64,000 nucleotides of DNA from Candidatus Heimdallarchaeota archaeon (GTDB lineage Archaea > Asgardarchaeota > Heimdallarchaeia > Heimdallarchaeales > Heimdallarchaeaceae): positions 96,001-160,000 of the forward strand of contig JAEOSZ010000031.1 in assembly GCA_016840095.1 (NCBI GenBank). The letters run 5' to 3'. Every line of letters begins with the position of its first letter. The first letter of the stretch is position 1. Under the pieces are notes generated by a model. It searched no databases. It saw only the letters and a list, made by a program, of their open reading frames with translations, and was not told the origin of the DNA. Shown here piece after piece: positions 58,459-64,000 of this stretch. A program made the position numbers and the translations under genes.

Positions 58459-59892
58459 TTACTTTTTAGCTTCCTTCTTAGCTTGTTTCTTAGCTTTCTT
58501 CTCTTCTTTGAATTTAGTTAATTCAGCGTCTGAGTATGGTTCTACGAACATAATTGGTTCTACGTTGTAAACTATTCCTCTAGAACGAATAGGATCTTTA
58601 TGATCTATCTTTCTTCTGCCTACTGCCAAGTTAATGTATGCGAACATCCATTCGAAAGTTCCGATATAACGAGCCAAATCCCAGAGTCTGATTAATCCTT
58701 CCATAAATAGAGCGAAAACAAATGCGAGGAATAATGCTCCTAAGAATGTAGCTTGATATCTAGCTACATACTCTAAACCAGGTATGAATGTTAGAACCTT
58801 TTCTGGTATGAATATTAAAATCTGTAACATATAAACTGAAAGAGCCATAACTCCCCATCTTCTAATGAAACGAGATCTTCTTACCCACTTTTCTACTCTA
58901 AGCTTCTTGTTGAATTCTACTTTTTGAATAATGAATAATAGAGCTGCTAATTCTAATCCCGTATTTGCTAGCATAAACCATGTTGGATGAACATGTTGGA
59001 AGACTAGGACTCCATCTATATCATTCCCATTACCAAATAATGATACGGTGAAAAGTTTGGAATCTACTAGAACAAACCAAAGTCCACCAATCACAAATAA
59101 TCCTAAAGCTACCCAATAGCCTATTTTCAGAAATTTCTTTGAAGGATTATCCTGAGCAAGCCACATACCAATGATTACACCAACAAGTGCTGATGCAAGC
59201 ATTGGAAATATCGGGGCTTCTCTTCCTCCGAAGAATATAAGCCAGTATCGCGCAAATGGATTCGTAATTGGATCTAAATATGGTGGTCCAGCATTTGTTC
59301 GGAAATCAACTGATAATCCTATTGAGCTATTAACTCCTTGTTGAACAAATGGAGCGGTGAAGATTATTATTAAAGCCATACAACCAAAAATGATTGAATT
59401 TCTTAGTAGTTTCTTCATGCCATCCTTTCTACTAATAAGGAAAAAGATTACACTTGCAATTATGATGCTGAAAGCAATATCCTGAAGTGCTTCAACGAAG
59501 AAAACGAAATCTGCTGCAATAGCCCAATTCCATGATCCGCTTCTGTGCCAGACATCTATTATACCAAAAGTATTGAAAATTGCATTATATAATGTTCCAA
59601 TTCCCCAAAGCATAAGACCAGCAAAGAGATTCTTGAGCATAATGTTGAGTCTATTTTGACCATCTTTGAATTTCTTAACCATTACGTAAGTATGAACAGC
59701 TGCAGAAATCATGATAAAGAATCCACGCCAGTGACCTAAGATGAAGAATATGAAAGCAAATGGTAATTCCCATGTTAAGCTACTTAAATCTCCTGTCCCA
59801 AAAAATTCCCATGAATTGAAAAATCCATGAAAAACAGTCATACCCAAGACAGCTAAACCTCGAGCAAAGTCAAGTGATGTTATTCTCTTCAT
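58459..59892 (-). CDS. DUF1624/HGSNAT-like membrane acyltransferase
   Basis: RITSLDFARGLAVLGM..FH, FIMISA, ALSVY, FEW. Confidence 0.75.
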   Translation of the reverse strand: MKRITSLDFARGLAVLGMTVFHGFFNSWEFFGTGDLSSLTWELPFAFIFFILGHWRGFFIMISAAVHTYVMVKKFKDGQNRLNIMLKNLFAGLMLWGIGTLYNAIFNTFGIIDVWHRSGSWNWAIAADFVFFVEALQDIAFSIIIASVIFFLISRKDGMKKLLRNSIIFGCMALIIIFTAPFVQQGVNSSIGLSVDFRTNAGPPYLDPITNPFARYWLIFFGGREAPIFPMLASALVGVIIGMWLAQDNPSKKFLKIGYWVALGLFVIGGLWFVLVDSKLFTVSLFGNGNDIDGVLVFQHVHPTWFMLANTGLELAALLFIIQKVEFNKKLRVEKWVRRSRFIRRWGVMALSVYMLQILIFIPEKVLTFIPGLEYVARYQATFLGALFLAFVFALFMEGLIRLWDLARYIGTFEWMFAYINLAVGRRKIDHKDPIRSRGIVYNVEPIMFVEPYSDAELTKFKEEKKAKKQAKKEAKK

Positions 59893-59953
59893 AAATTTGG
59901 TTAATCTGAAGCTTGTTTAAAAAGATTATTAGAAGTTAAATTAACAGTGTTCT

Positions 59954-61456
59954 TTAATCGTCAGAACCAGTTTGCGTTTCTTCATAATTAGCCCAGATTA
60001 CATCTTCGGATATAACTCCGCTTTGAAGTTTGTTAGATTTAACCTTAGAGAACAGACTTTGTAATTTTACAAAGAACCACTCGACTGAACCTTTCATGTT
60101 AAACCTAATAAGTATCATTACTACTAGTTCGTAGAACATAAGAACATAGATGACGATGAAGATAATTAGCCAGAAATATTCTTTAGGAATAACATAATGA
60201 TCTAATAAACTTACACCAGTTGTTTTTTGGGTTACTAGTGTGAGAATTCCTCTTGGAAGAAGCTCTAGGATATGTAAACTATAAATTGTTAGCGAAAAAG
60301 TTCCCCATCTTCTGAAAAATTTCCATACAAATTTATTGGCGAATTTTTCTCCTTTTCCTTTAAACTCTATTTGACTGAAAAGAAGCATGAGTAGCAATAT
60401 CTGGCCCCCTAGTCTAACCATATAAAATCCAATCCCAGGAGGATTTTCAATTGTGGTGAATTTAAAAATCTGATAAAGGTTCGTTAATCCTAGAATACTT
60501 CCGTTACTAGACTGTACATCTAGTATTGGTCTTGTAAACATACTCAATTGATATTTACTCGGTAAATCTTGTACTACAAACCCTAACACAACAAGTACTC
60601 CTCCAACAAGAATAAGAACAGCACCTACTATTGAAAAATTCCTGAGAACCTTCTTTTTCGGTCTAGGATCCGCAAGAAAAATTCCTATTAAAGAACCAAA
60701 AAATGCAGAGACCATAAAAGGCATTAATGGAAACTTTGGTCCAGCAATTATATTAAGTAACCAAGTTTTCCCATTCATGTGTCCACTGACAGCATAAATA
60801 TCAGGCCAATTCGGGATATAAGTTGATGCTATAAAATCATTGATGAAAGGAGTAGCTAACAAAACAAAGCCTATTAGTAAACCATAGATTATTACATTAC
60901 GAGTTGTTTTTTCATATCCTTTCTTTCTTAGGATTAAATATTGAATAACTCCATTAATCATAATAGCAAGTCCTATTATCTGGAGTGTTTGTATCCAGAA
61001 ACTTTCCGCAACAAATGGTCTGAAATTCGTCCAATCTCCAGTTCGAATCGAATTTCCAAAATACCCCCAATAACCGAATCCTTCTACTAAATAACCAATA
61101 GCAACTATAATTATTCCACCTATCAAATTTTTTCCTAACAGTCTTCTTGCATCGTACCCAGCTTTGACTTTTCTAGCAAAAACCAAAGAGTTGACAATGG
61201 CGGAAATAAAGAGGAAAAAACCATGCCAGTTTCCGAAATATCCTAGAATTATTACTAATATCCAGACAAATGGATTAAAGTCAAAATTTCCAGCATTTAT
61301 AGAATCCATCAACCAAGTTGCATCAAATAGTTTATAGCTGACATGTACTAGAATCATACCGAAAATTGCTATACCTCTTAGAATATCTAAAGTAACCAAA
61401 CGTTTAGGTAAATTTCTGGAGCTATCAGCTGATTCTAGAGAAGTCAATGTTATCAC
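59954..61456 (-). CDS. DUF1624/HGSNAT-like membrane acyltransferase (tandem paralog)
   Basis: RLVTLDILRGIAIFGMILVH, FLFISA, SLTIY, VEW. Confidence 0.75.
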   Translation of the reverse strand: MITLTSLESADSSRNLPKRLVTLDILRGIAIFGMILVHVSYKLFDATWLMDSINAGNFDFNPFVWILVIILGYFGNWHGFFLFISAIVNSLVFARKVKAGYDARRLLGKNLIGGIIIVAIGYLVEGFGYWGYFGNSIRTGDWTNFRPFVAESFWIQTLQIIGLAIMINGVIQYLILRKKGYEKTTRNVIIYGLLIGFVLLATPFINDFIASTYIPNWPDIYAVSGHMNGKTWLLNIIAGPKFPLMPFMVSAFFGSLIGIFLADPRPKKKVLRNFSIVGAVLILVGGVLVVLGFVVQDLPSKYQLSMFTRPILDVQSSNGSILGLTNLYQIFKFTTIENPPGIGFYMVRLGGQILLLMLLFSQIEFKGKGEKFANKFVWKFFRRWGTFSLTIYSLHILELLPRGILTLVTQKTTGVSLLDHYVIPKEYFWLIIFIVIYVLMFYELVVMILIRFNMKGSVEWFFVKLQSLFSKVKSNKLQSGVISEDVIWANYEETQTGSDD

Positions 61457-61551
61457 TTGAAATGGAATTTTACTATTTCAGATTTATATAAATTTTCAGT
61501 ACATCTGCTTAAAGTATTTGGGTTCTTTAAAAACTATGCAAAAGAACTTTG

Positions 61552-61603
61552 TTAATCAGCTAAAGTATCTGTTACATCTATTACAATTTCAGATTCATCT
61601 GCT
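61552..61603 (-). repeat. Displaced duplicate of the 3' end of the 63233..64000 gene
   Basis: 61554-61603 matches 63235-63284 at 48/50; minus strand reads ADESEIVIDVTDTLAD*. Confidence 0.9.
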
Positions 61604-61696
61604 ATTCTTCAGTTAAATTGAAAACGGGATTATTTGCTATGCTTTAAGAGGAAGATTTTTAGAAGAGAAAACATAAGTTTATTATTGGTGTACTCT

Positions 61697-63121
61697 TTGC
61701 GAAGAAGATTAAGTTTTCAACTTGTCAGTATTTTGTTTTTATTTGGATTTTGTATGGCTTTATTTGTAACAATAGATGTTAAGGCAATTAGCAGAGCAGG
61801 ATGGACCTGGAGTGAAGTTGAAATAGCAACTCATGAAAGTGTAATACCATCAGTTGCACCTGAAGTTGCAATAGATTCATCAGATAATCTCCATCTTGTT
61901 TGGGAAGAATTAACAGGAATCAATTATGCAATGAGAAGTGCACTGACTGAAACATGGTCATCATCAGAAATAGTTTCTGTAGACAGTCTTGCTCTTGCAG
62001 AATTTCCATCAATTGTAATTGACAAATCTGATAATATTCATACGATATGGCAAGACAACACAGACTATTTTGGTACAGCAGGTTCTGACTATGACATATG
62101 TCATTCAATGAAAGCAGCAGAGAGTAGTAGTTGGACGAGTGTTAAAGTGATTTCAACTGAGAGTACTGGAGATTCAGAAATTCCAGAAATAGCCTGTGAT
62201 AGTAATGGTAATCTCCATGTAGTCTATTGGGATGAAACTGATTATCTATCATGTGGTGTTGATAAAGATATATTCTATAAGAAATGGTCTTCATCTTCTT
62301 CTACTTGGGGAGTAGCAGAAGTAGTTTCCACGGAGAGTGATGATGAATCTAGTAATCCTCAGATTTGTGTAGCTGATGATGGACACATTTATGTTGTTTG
62401 GACAGATGATTCGGATTATGATTTTTGTGGAACTGATAGAGATATTTTCTTTAAGCACAAACCTATAGGAGAAGACTGGTCAACTACAGTGGTACTTTCT
62501 TGGTTATCTGATCAAGGAAGTACATTTCCTTCAATGATATGTGAAAATAATGGTAGGATTCATGTTGTATGGGCTGATTTTTCTGATATTTTAGACACAG
62601 GAATAGACTGGGATATACTCTATTGCATGTATGCTCCAATTTTAGAATCTTGGACAAACATAGAACTAGTCTCAGAGATGTGTGATGATGACAGTGGAAA
62701 ACCAGATATAACTATAGATAAATTTGGAGATTTGCATATAGCGTGGCATGATCCGACTCCCTATGGATCTTCAGGAAGCGATTGGGATATACTTTATAGG
62801 ATAAAAGAAGGAGTTACAGGAACTTGGTCTCAGACCTTTGTTGTTTCCACAGATAATGATGGTAATTCATTTTCATCAAAAGTTATCACAGATTCTGCTG
62901 GTTATGTTAATTTCATTTGGCAAGATGATATGGAGTACCTGGGGGATAATTACGATTATGATATGTTTTATAGAAAACTATCTGGACCGATAGAAGAAGC
63001 ACAAACTGGTATCTTTCAAACATTGGATATTGGCGAAATAATTGTGCTTGCTGCTATTGTTGGAGGATTTCAAGTATTATTAGTAGTTATCACTTATCTG
63101 CTATTAAGAAGAAGAAAATAG
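61697..63121 (+). CDS. Surface protein with seven ~60-aa propeller repeats and C-terminal anchor (paralog of 51721..53490)
   Basis: Signal peptide, seven repeats, TM then RRRK; probable TTG start at 61697 after GGTG. Confidence 0.8.
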   Translation: MRRRLSFQLVSILFLFGFCMALFVTIDVKAISRAGWTWSEVEIATHESVIPSVAPEVAIDSSDNLHLVWEELTGINYAMRSALTETWSSSEIVSVDSLALAEFPSIVIDKSDNIHTIWQDNTDYFGTAGSDYDICHSMKAAESSSWTSVKVISTESTGDSEIPEIACDSNGNLHVVYWDETDYLSCGVDKDIFYKKWSSSSSTWGVAEVVSTESDDESSNPQICVADDGHIYVVWTDDSDYDFCGTDRDIFFKHKPIGEDWSTTVVLSWLSDQGSTFPSMICENNGRIHVVWADFSDILDTGIDWDILYCMYAPILESWTNIELVSEMCDDDSGKPDITIDKFGDLHIAWHDPTPYGSSGSDWDILYRIKEGVTGTWSQTFVVSTDNDGNSFSSKVITDSAGYVNFIWQDDMEYLGDNYDYDMFYRKLSGPIEEAQTGIFQTLDIGEIIVLAAIVGGFQVLLVVITYLLLRRRK

Positions 63122-63232
63122 GAATAGAAACTTAATGATTTACTCCATCATTTTCTTTCTGCAATTTTCTAAATTTTAGTAGTATTAATCTGAAGTAATT
63201 TAGTTTGTGTAATAGTTTTCTAATTAGCAAAA

Positions 63233-63284
63233 TCAATCAGCTAAAGTATCTGTTACATCTGTTACAGTTTCAGATTCATCTGCT
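63233..63284 (-). repeat. Second copy of the 50-bp direct repeat (in-gene 3' end)
   Basis: Encodes ADESETVTDVTDTLAD*. Confidence 0.9.
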
Positions 63285-64000
63285 TTTTGAATGGCAACAT
63301 CAATGGGTTCTATATCAATATCTGCAACATAATCGTGTTGTAAGTTGAAGGGGAGATACACAATATCACCAAAAGAGTTCACTTCTGCAAATTTACCGAA
63401 TTCGGGTATAAATATTGAGTACGGATCAAAATATTCTGTAGATAGCAATCTTCTCATATCATAAGATGCTTCTTCATTGTTAAGAGCTAAGCATATATTT
63501 GAAAGATAAATTTCAATTTCGGAATTGAGTTTTGGAGTGAATGACATATAGAAATTTCCATGGAGCTCTCTCATTCTTTTCTCAAACACTTCTAAAGAGA
63601 TTTCCTTTCTAATTGTAAGAATCAAGTTTCCAGTAAGAGCAAATGCAAGTGAATTTCGAGGTTCATATAGAGAGTTTTCAGAAAGATTGAGTAATTTGTA
63701 TGCATATCCTTCAAGTTTAGAAAATTGTTCTTTACGAGTAGCTAGAGTTGTTAAGAACATAACGTATAAACCATTTAACTTAGGATATCTTTTCATCCCA
63801 TCCTTAGAGAAGAAATATGTATACTCTCTTTCAAGTTGATCTAAATGACTAAAATCATCAGTATAGGTTGTTATTAGTCCTCCATAGTAGATGATTTCTT
63901 CAAGCATTCCAGCGATTCCATCAGCCATTTGACTGTTTATGAATTCTTCATCGTCCATTAGATGTTTGTATTTATCAAGATATTTCCATAACTCAGGCAT
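63233..64000 (-). CDS. Hypothetical helical protein, probably 5'-truncated by window edge
   Basis: Open frame to the window end; no recognisable motif. Confidence 0.6.
   Translation of the reverse strand: MPELWKYLDKYKHLMDDEEFINSQMADGIAGMLEEIIYYGGLITTYTDDFSHLDQLEREYTYFFSKDGMKRYPKLNGLYVMFLTTLATRKEQFSKLEGYAYKLLNLSENSLYEPRNSLAFALTGNLILTIRKEISLEVFEKRMRELHGNFYMSFTPKLNSEIEIYLSNICLALNNEEASYDMRRLLSTEYFDPYSIFIPEFGKFAEVNSFGDIVYLPFNLQHDYVADIDIEPIDVAIQKADESETVTDVTDTLAD

Noticed and set aside
1193-62108. Many short ORFs overlapping longer genes (e.g. 1415..1783, 11392..11730, 27123..27515, 32512..32877, 46223..46678)
   Set aside because: Antisense or alternate-frame shadows of well-supported genes, with no motifs.
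1-64000. tRNA, rRNA or CRISPR loci
   Set aside because: No GC-rich structured islands or regularly spaced repeats seen by eye; a covariance-model scan would be needed to exclude small RNAs.

Overview
AT-rich, gene-dense archaeal chromosome segment, most likely an Asgard archaeon of Heimdallarchaeia type. This is inferred from longin- and roadblock-like fusions, a Ras-superfamily-like small GTPase, C-terminally anchored surface proteins and frequent TTG/GTG starts. The left half is mostly housekeeping: iscS/iscU, a Cache sensor kinase and receiver, M42 peptidase, nadA/nadC, an eIF-2B-like protein, an MTA/SAH deaminase, a radical SAM enzyme and an ABC system. The right half (about 33.6-64 kb) is a patchwork of surface proteins and single enzymes in mixed orientations. 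I saw no rRNA, tRNA, CRISPR array or transposase. Highlights: (1) a small GTPase, two orphan ORFs and a compact serine recombinase, with a doubled ACCTT-N6-AAGGT inverted-repeat array just before the recombinase ATG; (2) an NAD-kinase-like/winged-HTH fusion divergent from nadAC; (3) a SAM methyltransferase coupled to a fused HgcAB-like corrinoid/ferredoxin membrane protein; (4) a 50-bp duplicated gene 3' end bracketing a single surface-protein gene; (5) a degenerate 56-bp hairpin-like intergenic repeat bracketing a divergent gene pair. All family calls come from motifs read by eye; no searches were run.
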